Below are positions 12,801 to 26,700 of a stretch of 64,000 bases of DNA, piece after piece; the stretch's first letter is position 1; each line of letters opens with the position of its first letter. Under the pieces are notes generated by a model. That model saw only the letters and a program-made list of their open reading frames with translations, ran no database searches and was not told the origin of the DNA. The translations under genes and the position numbers were made by a program. Origin of the DNA: Lama glama. Its lineage: Eukaryota. The DNA is taken from positions 72,232,001-72,296,000 of the forward strand of contig CM052816.1 in the NCBI GenBank assembly GCA_028534125.1, read 5' to 3'.

Positions 12801-14999
12801 TTTGGCAAGAAGGATTTAAGTATTTCTAGCTCATTATTGCAGAACTCAATATTGTTTCACCCTTGCTGCTAATCCTGACCTAATCTATGTTCTTATGTTG
12901 TCTTATGCCCCATAAGTGACTAGTGACTCAGTAATGGGCTTATTTACTTAACAACTTAGGCCATGTCATTCTTGTTATCTCTTAGCTATCTTCCTCAATG
13001 GTTTTATATCACACCCCTGCCGGCCTGCCTTCTATTTACTAAAACAATTCCCCAAGTTGATTCACCCATGCTTTGAAATACCTGATTTTAGGCCCTGCAC
13101 TGACAGCTTGCCTGGGTTAATACTGATTTTTGGTTGTTACCATCTTCAAACTCTGAAAACATCATCTAGACTCCATCACCTCCAGCCAGGCCTGTTCCCC
13201 CAGAGCCTGCCTTAAGAGAGTAGGTTTCAAGTTCCATCTCCCCACTTACTCCGTTTCCTGACAGTTAGAGAAGCCTGTACTAATGCATGGCAAACGGTAA
13301 GTCAGCAGAGAACAAAGTTATTTCAGGACGAGTTCGGGGAAAGTATTTTGGTGGAGAGTCAGCTAAGATCAGCTCTGATGAGATAATCTGTAGAGCATGT
13401 AGATGATAGAATGATGAAGAGGAAAATGAAGTAGATACGTATGAACATTCCAGATAGAAACAGGGTAAGCAAAAGTGTAAAACACAGGAAGTGAGATGGC
13501 TTTGACAAAGGCAGGGACATGATTCAGATCATTTGGATCGTTAGTGTTGGGGGCAGCTGGGCTTATGGAAATCAGTGGTTAATGTATCAGAGCACGAGCA
13601 GTGTTGGGAGATGAGACACAGACTGGGTGACTCACGTACAAGGTGAACATTCAGCAAGGGGAGTGGCTTCTCAGCTATAAACATGGCTGCAGGTTACTGA
13701 ACGTTAAGACCATTCTTCAGTTAAAACCTTATTGAAATCATATTGACCTCTGATGACCTTCAGAGAGCACCTGCTGGAAGGATTGATGGTAAGAGAAATT
13801 TGAGAGGGCAACAGAGCAAATCTGTGCATGAGTCCTTACTATGTCATTTATCTATGGCTTCAGCTTGATCCAGTGATTTGTTTGTTCTGACTGTGGTCAA
13901 AACTCCAGGTACAACCTTATTGGAACAATAAATCCAATCATAATAAATGACAAAGGGCATTCAAGCAGAGGCAAGAAGCAAAATATTTTACAAGTGTAAA
14001 GATCAGCGATATGAGGTCTTGCCCTCCCAACAAGCTTCTCCAATATTTTCAGGCTGCAGCCCTGTCTGCCTTCCCTCCAGCGGGGTGGGCACCTCCTACT
14101 TGCTAATTTCTCTGATAGTGATTCCCTGATTCCCCAAGTTGATTCATTCTGTTCACTGAGAGGTGGCATTTTTAGCCTACTATTAATACGTGTATTCAGA
14201 AGAAGCTGAGGTTTTATCAAATAAAAGATTAAAATCAGGGAATAATAAATAATAGAGAAATCAGGTAGAGTTTCCTTACCTAGGGATTAAATTACTATTT
14301 TATAGAGGCCTGAAGGAAAACGACTGTGTTACAAAAGAATATAAAAATAGCTGGAGACTAGAAATCACAGTCTATCAACTAATTCAGTGATTTGGCTTTT
14401 TTTTTTTTCCTCACCTGAATGGTAATGGTCTTTTTAAAAAATAATTTACATCACAGAGGGAAAAAGCTGAGTACACATTAGAGAAGGCTGATGGCAATCA
14501 TTTCAAGTTTCGGTTTCTATTTTCTGTAAATTAACTGTCGTTTTTGTAAACAACTTTTTAATGTCTTTGTAAAAGTGTTTTCAATCCTACTGGTTTAGCT
14601 ATTGTATCAAATAAATAGCCAATTCCATGGGGGAAGGACTAGGGTCTCATAAGTGAGAATCAGTATTTCATTTGGTAACATCTAAAAAAATCCCAAACGT
14701 CAAAATAAAGGAGCCATTAAAGCCATGATAATAACTTAGAAGACAGAGTGAGGCAGACGTGTGAACTAAGGGAAATGACTCAACACATTCAGCACCGTAA
14801 ACCTGTGGCCTCAGTTCATCCTGACGGTTGTTGTGCTACCTGCCTGCTACTCAAGTAAAGTGTATAAACAGAAGACATGAGGGGGACCAGGATGATGTGT
14901 GGTCAAATGTTTTCTGTGTGGGTCTGTTTCCATATGATCTTCTTAGTCAGACTGCACTACAGGGATTTTCATTATTCCTGCAGGTCTACTTTCATGAAG

Positions 15000-15190
15000 C
15001 AGTGCGGTTTAAACGGAAAGAGCACTGAACTCTCAGCCAGAGACTTGAGTTCTGTCCAGCTCAGGATTTGTCACCAACTTGTTATGTCTGAATAAATGGC
15101 TTAATTTCTCTCTTTCTCAACCACTTCTTTTGTGAAGTTGCCTGCTTTCCTTCGGGGGCTGTTTTAAGGATCGATGCTTGCTGAGATGAA
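15000..15190 (+). mobile_element. MIR SINE
   Basis: GGAAAGAGCACTGAAC...AGACTTGAGTTCTGTCCAGCTC...GCTTAATTTCTCT...GGGGCTGTTTTAAGGATC. Confidence 0.6.
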
Positions 15191-17499
15191 GGCAAGACAG
15201 TCTAAACAGTAAGTATGTCTACAAGCAACTAGTAAATGACTTAAACGGGTAGAACAGCATGTTCTAGAGGAAGGTGGGCTGCAGAAGAGGGTGTGGAGAG
15301 TGGGCATGCCATGGAAATCCCACCACAGTCTTTTGTTTTCATTGATCTACACACCCCTAGCACCTGCATGTGGCAGAAACAGTGCACGATGCTAAGAATA
15401 TCCAGGTGAAAAACACCGTTTCTGCTCCTACTGACTCTGCAGGCTTAAGACCCGAAGAGGTTTATTTTTCCTCTGGTCCCTCTTGACACAGGCTGTCAGA
15501 GAGAAAAACAACAACAAAACAGAAAGTGCTGCGTGTCTGGAAAAGGACATAATTAATTTCCAGGAAAAAAAAAGAACTATATGTAGACTAGAATGTGATA
15601 CCCCAGAGAAGTGAAAAAGAGAGAGTGTGTGAAAAGATTTAGAAAATGCTGAAGCACCACAGAGATGTAATGTGAGGTTACATTGAGTATCTGGTAATGA
15701 TGCTTCGGTTGTTGAAGTGAACCTTTCATTCAGACTGCTTCATAGTTCTTTTCAGGAGGAAGTTTACCCTTTCTTTACTCATCACCTCCCCTCCACCCCA
15801 AGTGGTGTTTATTAAGATAATATTTTTAAGGATATATAATTATGCACATTTTAATGTTTCTACATAGGATTGGAGGCAAATATTACCATGATAATGAAGC
15901 ACAGAACAAAATCTGTTCTCCAGAGAGTGAGAAAGCATTAGAGAAAACACAGAATAGGACTCTGTGCTGTTACCCGAGGGCCCAGAACAAGGAGGTACAG
16001 TCACAGGGCAGAAATACTGCAGGGTTGTGGCTGATGTGATTAGAAGGTAGTGGTTAAGAGTAGTTTTTAAACTTTATTCAAATGAGAAGTTAGATGTGAA
16101 AGCCCACTGCAAAGGTAATAGTATTATGTAAATATCAACTAAGTCTATTTAAGTATATGATGAACTGAGGTATCATGAAGAGTTCCAGTACTGGGCCAGA
16201 AATCAGGAAACATGGGCTTCTGGTTTCTCATCATTAGATTGAAGAAGTTGGATTTACAATCCCCCAGGATCCCTTGTGGGCTCCATGGGTTTGGAGTAAC
16301 CGGTCATAACAAAATAAGAGGGACATAATCGGGTCACTTTCAAACCAAAAAATAAAATGAGAAATTAGAGAAATAAATTGGCTACTTCTGCCTAAATGAC
16401 TGTTTTTTTAAAAATAAGCCACATGAGACTGTCCAGTGCAGTGAGTAGAGGCTCCAAAAATGAGACTGAAAACAGAGAAGATAGATTTCTGGTGATAGAG
16501 GTGGCAATAAGGAAGACAGATAACATGGCTGCGAATAAGACAATATGCATGAAGCAAAGAGCACCTCCGTGATCTTCTCTTTTAGGAAAGAGGTTTTATC
16601 TAAGTCCAGCAGTGGAAAGGCCCAAAGAGGAAAAGAAGGTATGGATAAATCAATAGAGGAAAGGGCTCAAAGACATAAGGTTAACAGGCCCAGTGCAGCA
16701 CAACTAAGGCCTGGAAGAAGCAGGCGCACAGCCGCAGGGCAGTAACAGGAGGACCTCAGCCCAAGGGAAGAAGCCGAAAGAGAGAACTGAAGGGAGGGGA
16801 AGGGAAAATAAATTATTATTGTTGTTGTTGTTGTTATGATTATTCAGTATCTTCTTTGCACCAAGATATTTTACATTTACCTCTGAGAGTATGGTGCTTC
16901 TTTTTAGAGGAGAATATGAGAATTTCTAATGGGTATACCCTTAAGAAAAATATGAAAAGTTATCTGAAGATAATTTCCCTGCATCTAGAAGTTATTTAAA
17001 GGAGATTTTAGTTGCATCTCAGGGAAAAGAGAACAGAATAGCACTAAGTAAAATCACTTCTGAAGCCAAATGATAGCAATCAATATGATACAGTGTAAGA
17101 CGAAAGTCCATGTATTTGTATATATGTGCTAACAGTTTGGATTGTGATGAGAAAAGATTAAGAAGAAAAAAGAGAAAAGCAAGAAGCAAGTCAATAACAA
17201 ATAACAATACACTTGGATAATACTGGGATGGCTACACTGGATTTACAGAAATGTGGTCTCAGTTGAACTTCAAAGCTGCCTTGTGATGGAAGATGGCATC
17301 TTTCCTGATAATGTCAAAATCCATTTCTCAAAAGTTGAAAAACTGGCAGTGGCACATAAAGGATGAGCAAATTCCATTAGCAATGGGGATACATTTAAAA
17401 TATAGGACATGCCTTTAAAATATTAAAAAATTTTCTTGTTGTACAACTTACTCATTATAGTAAAAAATTAGAAAATACTGAAAAGGGTAAATTCACCAC

Positions 17500-18070
17500 C
17501 CTTACTATGGGAATTTCCAAAAATGTATAAAAGCAGAGAGTGAGTATAATGAATCCCCTTGGACCCATCACCCATGTTTAACAATTGTCAGCCTTCTGTC
17601 AATATGTCATCTCTTGTCCCACCCCATCCGGACATACACAGTTTGACAGGTGGTACTGGAATATTTTAAATCGAATTTTACCTATCACAACACTTCACCA
17701 GAAAATACCTCAGTGTGCATTTCTAACAGACAGGCTTTAAAAACCTATAACCATGATGCCATTACACACACATACAAAATTAACTATTCCTTAATATAAT
17801 TTCCCTCACTTTCTCAAAAATTGTGTTTTAACAGTTGTCTATTTGTTTTTTGCATATGAGGATACTGAGGAGGATTTTGTGGCATACCAAATTTTTAAGT
17901 CTATAATCACTTTTCCACCACTTATTTTTATGATATTTATTGTTGAAGAAATTAGGTCCACAGATCTAACGACTCCATTCTGGATTTGGTTGATTGCTTC
18001 CTTTGTGGGGTCATTTGACTCATTCTGTTCCTCTTTCCTTCAAATTTTTTTGCAATTTGGTAGTTAGATC
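17500..18070 (-). mobile_element. L1MC/MD-type 3' end fragment
   Basis: AAAAGCAGAGAG..AGTATAATGAATCCCC..GACCCATCACCCA..TTAACAATTGTCA..AAATACCTCAGTGTGCATTTCTAA. Confidence 0.65.
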
Positions 18071-19524
18071 TAGACCTTGGTGTACAAATTTATTACACAC
18101 ACATTATTTCTATAGAAATAAGATGTACTCACTCGAGTTTTTGTAACTTGCTTTTAAACTTCACATATCACATATATGAGAAAGGTAACACTGAAAAGGA
18201 AACCATCCATCCCTTTTAACTTTTAAATTTTTGGAGAATAATAAAATAATTTAAAGTATGACAAAATGTCTAAGAGAAAAAAATTAAGCCAAAAATAAGA
18301 AAACAGTCAAATTTCAAAATTACAGAATGCAGCTGAATGAGCTAACAAATAGAGAAAACGAAAGGCAAAGAGTGACAATCAGAGTAATGGAGGTTAAATG
18401 GGAAAAGAGGACATACAAAGAAGAAAAGAAGCACTACCTTGAGACTAGAAAATGCTACAGCTGTGAGGGTCCTGTGGTAGCATCTGCTGTTCTGGCTGCC
18501 AAACATACTCCTGCTGATTGTTGTTCCAAAGCCTTTTCACATCCGTTTCTCACCTAGGGAGATCACGAAACTCCCTAGCTTTGTGAACTAAGTTAAACTG
18601 AGCTACAGAAGGAAGGTATGCGAACTCCTGCTTCTCAGTCTCTCTGACCCATCCTGGATTCAGACATTCTTGGGTTAGGTATATCAACTTTTCTTTAGAT
18701 TCTCAGTGATGCCTGAATGACCTTTCAAAAATTCTTTTATTCTCCCTTCAGGGCAAATGAAGCTGTATATGCATTGGTCTCTGGGCTCTGCAGTTTTTCT
18801 CCTATAGATTAATTCCAGTAAAAGGGATAGGGGCAACTCAGAATTATAAATGGTCATTCTGGCAGTGGCGGGTGGGGCAAGATAGTGGGTGTTCTAATGG
18901 TTTAGAGGAAGGTTCTTCTGTCCAAAAATAACTCAAACTAACAGATTCACAATCCACTCTTACTTATTTTCTAATGTCTATCACTTAGCATGTCTGGTGC
19001 CAATATGTCATTCTGGCTTTTTTCTCAAAGACTGCCTTCATTGTCACTCATTTCCTTGCCATTGTATGTCTTGCCCTTGTTTGCCATGTAGACCATTAAG
19101 CACATCACATGGAAGTTTTCCTCATGTATATGTCACCATTCGGCAGAGCACTTACTGAATTCGAGTTACATAGGACTGACTCGAGAAAGAGGTTTGCTGA
19201 CCTCCTTACTGCAAAATAGGAAGCAAAAGGTGTATAATGCCATTAATCTCACTCCAGCATCCATTGTGCCACCTCTCACTTGGGAGAAAACAGGAGTTAT
19301 TTGGACATACATTTGGTAACAATGGAGTCACTGGGGACAGCCTAGAGGAATGTGTTATTTTTTTATTTTCATACTTATTTGATATATTTTCTTTCTTTAG
19401 TTATCTCCAGTCTTACACTAGAACTAAAGGATTCTTAACTCAGGTAGCACACAAAGAAATACTTTTGCATTAATCCACAGAAATAGGTGAGAGTATTACG
19501 TATCATCTTGATCACTATCTTCGG

Positions 19525-19900
19525 TGTATCAGTCTGAGGCTGATTAGAAACTGGCTCTGGTTAAATTAAGTTAAAAAAAAAAAGTCTTTAAAAGGAAGAT
19601 GTGCATAGCCCACACAGTAGAAGGGAAAACAGGATAACCAGGGGAAAAACAGAACTATGGCAGCTTTTGGCATCTTAGTCAGAAATTTAGAGACAGTTTC
19701 TTTTGAGTGCTCACAACTCAACTTCAAGAACACGATAGCATTTTATTCAGGATTCAGATTCCCAGGAGGGAAAGAATCTTCATTTATTTGCTACCTGTTT
19801 GTTAGGAAGGAGTAGGCCACTGTGATTTACAATCAAAGACCAGTGTGCTATTACAAAAACGAGGAGAAAGGGCTGCTGGGACGACACAACCGATATTCAC
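19525..19900. mobile_element. Old MaLR solo LTR (MLT1K/L-like)
   Basis: TGTATCAGTC start, AGAAACTGGCTCTGGTTAAATTAAG-A-run, CAGATTCCCAGGAGGG, GCTGCTGGG near the end. Confidence 0.55.
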
Positions 19901-20482
19901 CCTACTCACCACTAGTGGATCTGCAGAGAGAGAAACTGAGGAGGAAGGGGCAGGGTCATTAGCTATATATGCTGCTTCTTAATTATCTTTAGAAACAGAG
20001 CCTAAATGTGGTAAAAGTTAAAAGATGAAACTAAGAATATGCACATAAGACCTGTGTCTTGTCACAGCAAGTATAAACAGATATGATGGCAAATGTACAG
20101 AAGGGGCCAATATTTTAAGGAGGTTATGAATTTCAAATAAGAACCCATTAGAGAAGATGCCATCTTAAATTTCCTGAAGAAATGGATGTAGAGAAGTCCT
20201 GTATAATCCTTTGAAAACGATATGTCAAGAAATTAACAAATAAAAATCAATGAAGGAAACCAGAAAAATAAAATATGAGGTATTAAAATGTATCATTAGA
20301 AGTCAGATCAGTAAAACTAGATTAGAAATGTAATTAAATTTATTGAAGTGGAGGAGAATTCTTATATCATTTGTTGCTGTGGGAAGGCAGCCTCGTTTTT
20401 TTCTTTTTAACCTAAATGTCACTATCTTCACCCCAAATTTGATATGATTATTTAATATAGTTCAGATCAATGCAAAGACATG

Positions 20483-20964
20483 TGTATTAGTTTCCTACTT
20501 TTGCTGTAACAAATTGTCACAAACTTAGTGGCACAAAACACATACATTTATTACCGTACAGTTCTGTAGACCAGAAGTTTGACAAGGATCTTACTGGGCA
20601 AAAATCACAGTGTTGGCAGGGCTGCATTGCTTTCTGGAGGCTCTGGGGGAGAAGCCTTTCTCAGCTTTTAGAGGCCGCTTATATTCTTTGGCTCAAAATC
20701 AGAAGTGGCCACTCGAGCCCTTCTATGTCTCATTTCTCTGACCTTCTGTCATTACATCCTTCTCAGAGTGAAGCTGAGAAAGATTCTCTACCTTTAAGAA
20801 GTCATGTGATTATACAGGGGCCACTGGGAATGATTTCCTTATTTTAAGATCAGCTGATTAGCAATCTTAATTCCATTTGCAACCTTAATTCCCTTTTACA
20901 TATTTACAGGTTCCAGAGACCAGGACCTGGACATCTTTGGGAGGCCATCATTCTGCCTGCCACA
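20483..20964 (-). mobile_element. MaLR solo LTR (MLT1D-like) with 5-bp TSD
   Basis: TGTATTAGTTTCCTA...GCTGTAACAAATT..CACAAACTTAGTGGC...CATTCTGCCTGCCACA; flanked by an exact ACATG direct repeat (20478-20482, 20965-20969). Confidence 0.92.
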
Positions 20965-22091
20965 ACATGGAACAAGAATAGAAGGTAGAATTTTTTTAAG
21001 AAGCTGGGATATAATTGTTAATATTTACAGATAGTAAGATGATACTATAGCCTATGAGGAGTATGATGGTATATATATTTTTTCCACTTTCTAAATTTTT
21101 CTGTCATAAGTATTATCTTTATTAAAGAAAAATAATGAATCAGATAATTTGGTTGATATGCCAATCTTCTGTGCAGTACCACAGTTAATGGCATGTTAGA
21201 GTTCTAATGGCAGTTTCTGTTAATGAAAAATAATGAACCTTGTATTCAAAATAGTAAAATTATTAGGTACATATCTATAAAAAAGGAACTTAACTGACAA
21301 ACAAAATAATATTTGAAAAAGAGAAGCATACTAAGTCCAGAGACTATAAATTCAATCATTTCAGAATTAATTTAGAAGTTCAATGTTATTTTGATAAAGT
21401 TACAATGGGGGACATTTTTAACATAATATTCTTTTGGAATTGAACCATGTTTTAACAAAATGCATTTAGTAGAATAAACAGTCTAAACAATTTAGACTAT
21501 TTTGAAAAAAAGAAGTACATGATGGGAAAGGATTTTTCCTATCAGATATAAAGTGTATTTTGAAGCTGCAATGCATACAACTGAAGTAGTAGTATGTAAA
21601 AAACAAAGAAATGGAATAAATATGTCTGAAATAGGTCATACCTGGAGCAGTCTTCCGAATCAAATACTACTTGTATATGTACAATACAGTACCTGTTTGA
21701 AGAGTGAAGGCAAATAAATATTTGTATTGGGTACTTGCCAAGGAGATCCAAGGTTTGATAGAGAGGAGAAACCCCAGAGTTCATTCAACTTGTTAAAAAT
21801 TAAACACTTGACAGAAATTTATTCCTTCTTACTCAACTGTCATGCCTTTTAAAAATGTTGTCTCAAACACTGAAAGAAATTTTTATTATTGAAAGTTGTC
21901 AGCTTTAGATGAAGTCTAACCACGCATGGATATTTATTTCATTATGTCTCAAAGGATTTTGAGTTTTTAAAGATACTTTTTTCTTATAATTTATATGCTA
22001 CCAAAACAACATCTGGCATTTAGGAAATCTTATTATAAAACTCCAAATATCCAAGAAAATCATTCAAATTCTACAACTTTTATTTGATATC

Positions 22092-22635
22092 TGTTAAAGC
22101 TCAACCAGCCAGTCTGCCACACTCAAACCTACAGTTCAACAAAATCATACTTACTGACTTGCAAACATGGTAGCACACTGCAGAGGAAACACGGATGGTG
22201 CCCTCTCCATGGGGGAGGAGGGCTCCAGCTTTGGTGAGGTCTAGATTCCTGCTGAAGGATTCTGGGGGAGCTCTCAGGGAACAGAGACCAGTTCTGGGTT
22301 GGGCTCTTTTTCTGCAGCAAGATTAGGAGAAGCAGGGATTAACTAAGGATTGGGTGCTATCATGAGGCAAGGGTGGTTGAGTAATTGAGTATTCCCAGTA
22401 ATGGATAGGTGCGGATAGCAAAGCAGGGCTGGAGCCATCATTGGTAACAAAGCAATGGTCACACAAAGAGGGGGCCATGATGGCATTTAATAGCTGCACG
22501 ACCTTGGAAGAAACCATGTTTCTTATTAACTTTGCCACTGGCTTTATCTGTGTCTGTTCTCCAACCTGATTAATGGCAGGACTGTTTTACTCTTTTTCAG
22601 TCCAAGCTGATTTTCAGTCCTTCACTCCCAGACAG
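22092..22635. mobile_element. Probable ancient solo LTR (LTR78/79-like)
   Basis: About 540-bp GC-richer block bounded by TGTTAAAG...CCCAGACA, containing AGCACACTGCAGAGGAAACACGG. Family assignment by recall only. Confidence 0.4.
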
Positions 22636-22835
22636 ATTTTACTCTTTCACATCTACAGAACCAACTCCAGTTTAATTTTCCTGTTACAGCTTCTGAAAAT
22701 AGCTGTATCTGTTGATAACCAACTTTATTTAAGAAATCAACAGAAAAATAGTGTGAATTTATGTGGATGTTATTCAAAATTATGCTGTGAAGACATGGAT
22801 TAACGACTAGGACAATTTAGTGTAAGACTATTTTA

Positions 22836-23034
22836 TTTTATTTTATTTTTAATTTTGATTTATTTATTTTTTTTTACTTCAGAGGTTTTATTTTTTAATT
22901 TGAAGTATAGTCAGTTTACAATGTTGTGTCAATTTCTGGTGTACAGCATAATGTTTTGGCCATATATATATGTACATATATTCCTTTTCATTTTTTTTTG
23001 TTGTAGTTACTGCAAGATACTGAATATAGTTTCC
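22836..23034 (-). mobile_element. Young artiodactyl/camelid L1, 5'-truncated 3' end with 18-bp TSD
   Basis: TTGAAGTATAGTCAGTTTACAATGTTGTGTCAATTTCTGGTGTACAGC; exact TSD TAGTGTAAGACTATTTTA at 22818-22835 and 23035-23052. Confidence 0.9.
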
Positions 23035-26000
23035 TAGTGTAAGACTATTTTAGAGTTTGGTTTTGAGTTTCAATCTAAAGGAAAGAGAAATAAAGACACT
23101 GAAGACAAAGCCTAACAGTTGATCAGATATGCAGCCCGGGTACCCACCCGAGTCGAATCTGGGCCATGGGTGGGAGGGAGAGAGAAGAAATCCTTTAAAA
23201 GTGTGAAGAACTGAGCACATAGTATCAGGTCCTTCTTTCATTACCTTCTTTACGTAGCTCTTTGTCAGACTAACACTGATATTTCAGTCCCCACTTTCCA
23301 AATACTTTGATGTCCTTCCTTCCCTTAGTCCTAAGACCTTTGGAAAGGCGGTCCTTCTAGTAAGTAATAGATTCAGAGGAAGCAACAAACTCACCAGCTT
23401 TGTCCTGCTCTCCTGTGCCCCATCCTTCCTCCCTGGCCTCCCTCTCCCAACCCTCCATCCTTCCGTCTTCCTTACTCTTCGTATATTCCCACTTATTTTC
23501 CCCTCTTCCCTCTCCCACGAAGAAAGACCAACTGGATAATAGATTCACACAAAGAAGTATCAAGGAGTGATTATACTATTTAAGAAAGAAATAGACTAGT
23601 GGAAGAACATCTTTAAGGGGCTGCTGAAATTGGAACTAGGATAATGGAGAATTGGCCTGTGAAAGAGTTTATGCAACTATTAGAAAAAGTCAACAAAAAA
23701 ACCCCTAGGTAAGGAAAAAAGCATTTGCCTAAGAGAAGGGTATAGAGAATGAGCAAAACAAGCTCTAAATGTGCATAAACTAAAATTAAGGGGTAGAAAA
23801 TTGGGATGGAGAAGAGTGCACTCCTTATATTGACAAAGAATCTTATTAAATGTGAAGGGAAACAACTACAATTATTCCTTGGGAAACGCGGGCTCTCTGG
23901 GATATCAGCATTTTGAAAGCATTGTTATGTACAAGGTTCGGTAGACAAATGATTCTGAAATGTGAATTACATGCTAGAAAATAGAACGGAAAAGGCAGTG
24001 ACAATTTGAGTCACCAGTCTTTATAACGTTTTGCTATTTAATATTTTTGTCAGTTTAGTGGTGAAAAGAAAGCCATGAAAGTTGAATAAAATCAGTTTGA
24101 AAAATGTGCAGTCACCTTAAGTATGTCTTTGTTAGACATTATTAATGTTTGTGATTTCTAGCAGTAACTTAAAGGGAAATCTATATTTACTATTGTGAAA
24201 TACATTTTTAAACATTGTTTTCCTATTGAGGAGAAGGGCAGGAAAAGAGAGGGCTGACTAACTGAAATTGTAAAAAAAAAACCAACAAAAACTTGCCTAA
24301 GTCCCTATAGATTATAGTGGAAATTTAGGGATTTGCCTTCAAGCTTGGATAGATACAAACTGAAAATGATGTTAAAGAAATAAGAATATTATTAGCTAAT
24401 TTGTGACTTATATGTATATAGGTAATATATTGCACCCAAGAAAAAAAAAGTTGAAACATTATGGCTCAATATGATATTTTTGTTTAATATCAAAGGAATG
24501 TAATTAAAATCAATGAATTATAGAGAAGAATGTTGACTTAGAAAAATATTTTTTAAAGAATTGAAAGAGTCAGAGCATGAAGAAATATTATTTAATTGCC
24601 ATAAAGTGCAAATGTCTCCATTAAACAGAAAAAAACTTTGCTAACCTTTTCTGACATAAATGGGAAAACTCTTTTTTAGATATTTACAAGTGAAATACAA
24701 ACAACCTGATCTTTGAAAAAATGATTGACTGGAGTTAGTCTGTATGAAATTAGGCGTATGAGACTGTTGATATTAAATTATACTTGACTCATGAAAATGG
24801 TAATAAAATGTGATTCAAATTAGTACACAATTTGTAAGTATTTATAGAGTGCTAAATGCATATTGAATGATGTGTGATTTTGCCTTAAAGGAGGAACAAT
24901 TTTCATGGATTTTTTTTTAATCACTCTTACAAAGTTAATCATAAAAGTAAAACAACATTGACTAATTTCATAAAACAGTATAGAAGAGTAACCATGGCAG
25001 GAATTAAACGGAACATAGTTCTTCCTGATGGCTTTGGAACACGTTTTCCCTTGGGTATTACCATTTTCTTGTCTGTGACAGAAGCCTTAGGTAGTCAGTC
25101 ACAAAACGTTTCACAACTTTCCTGGTTTGTTATAAGGTTAATCTCTTTATTGGTAAGTAATTTCTGATTTGGATTTTAATATTAATGATCTCTTTGGAAA
25201 ATGTGTCTCTGAAAAATTATTTGGAGAATGAAAACATTCTGTTTTCATAAATATCTGAAATGAGCAGTCATAGTGGCATCTCGGGGGAAGTTTGAGATCT
25301 TTTTCTCTAAAGCAGCCAAACAGCTTTTCAGCAGCATGTCCTGGGGGCTGTACTGAGGAACTGAAATTTCCCTTGAGAATGGAATAAGGGTAAAGACAGG
25401 ATTTTTATTTTAGCTTAGGAAGCAACAAAAGTTCCTTCTGAAGTTTCGAGAATTCAACTTAAATTAAAAGTCAGCCACTTCTACCCTAAACAATGCCAAA
25501 GGTTTGCTAAAGGGAGAACTAGTATGTTTCATCAGGAGGTAAACTTTGAAATAAAGCAAAATTTAAAAAAGTACTCTTTTCCCTCATTCTCCCCAAATTA
25601 TCATTGTCATCACAAACACCCAGGAGGTCTTCCTTTTCTTTTCTTTTTTTAAAAATTCTTTTCTATGTGTTCATATCATTTAATGTACCGTAGTGAGGCT
25701 TTTTTTTTTTACCCTTGTTTGTACTTTCCAAACTTCATTCTATCGCAAAAATTAGCCAAAAGAAAAAAAAGGAATAACATGGACAAAACTCATCATTCAT
25801 AAATAATCACAGTGATCAAAATCATTTTTTGTTTGAATTGTACATTGTAGTTTTTCAAGCCCTTAGCTGTATGATTGTCTCACTTTACAAAATCCATTGA
25901 GATATGTATGGCACTTTGCTTATTATCCTTTTGACTGTGAAGAAACTGAGGCCCAGCTTGGTTAGTGATACATTCAAGATAAAAAGCAGTATTATGATGA

Positions 26001-26579
26001 GTGAGTTGCCTGTTGCCTAATCTCAAATTCAGAACCACAGCCAACCCCACAGCACTCCTGTGCCTGGTGCCCCAGTGGCAGGGGTTTAACTAGAAATTCT
26101 GGGCCTTTTACTAGTACATCCGAAAAGAACATGTTTACCTTGGAAAATTTAAGGGTCAGGTGGGGACAGAGTGGAGAAGACAATTAAGGCCTGCCTGGCT
26201 CTGCTCTTCTCCCCACAGGCTTCTGTGCAGACCAGAGAAACACAGTCATTGATCTTCAATCACCTAAAACATTCGTTTTGAGCAAGAGGTACTTCCTGCA
26301 GGCATAGGAGATTTAGCTGAGACAAGGACTGTAAATATAGTACCTAGTAACTGAGGAAATATCCTTGGTTGAATTAGATCTTACATTTCTGTGACTTCCA
26401 AATTTGTCTCTTGGGAGCCGTCCAGTTTCTAGGCCTCCAAACCTTGCTAGGGCTCCCTCTGGCTAAACTTGTGGTCTAGGGTTGTTTTGTTGTTGTTAGT
26501 AATTTCAAGGAAAAGAGGAGGGACATTTTCGAAGCAATGCATGACCTACAGTAGCAATTCTCATTTCTGACATTTAAAA

Positions 26580-26700
26580 ATAAACTCACACCTTAATCCT
26601 ACCCCAAAGATTCTGATTTAATTGGGCCCAAGCAACAATATTTTTTAAAGCCCTCAAGAGATTCTAATGTGTGAGCACAGCTTGAGAATCACTGTCCCCA
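26580..26700. mobile_element. MER5B-like MITE fragment
   Basis: CCTACCCCAAAGATTCTGATTTAATTGGG...TTTTAAAGCCCTCAAGAGATTCTAATGTG...TTGAGAATCACTG. Confidence 0.65.

Noticed and set aside
13265..13296. 32-nt plus-strand exon (cctgacag | ... ACG|gtaagt)
   Set aside because: No partner exon or recognisable peptide.
19138..19180. U6 snRNA 5' fragment (TTCGGCAGAGCACTTACTGAATT)
   Set aside because: The alignment needs several gaps in about 40 nt, lacks ACAGAGA, and has no tail or TSD.
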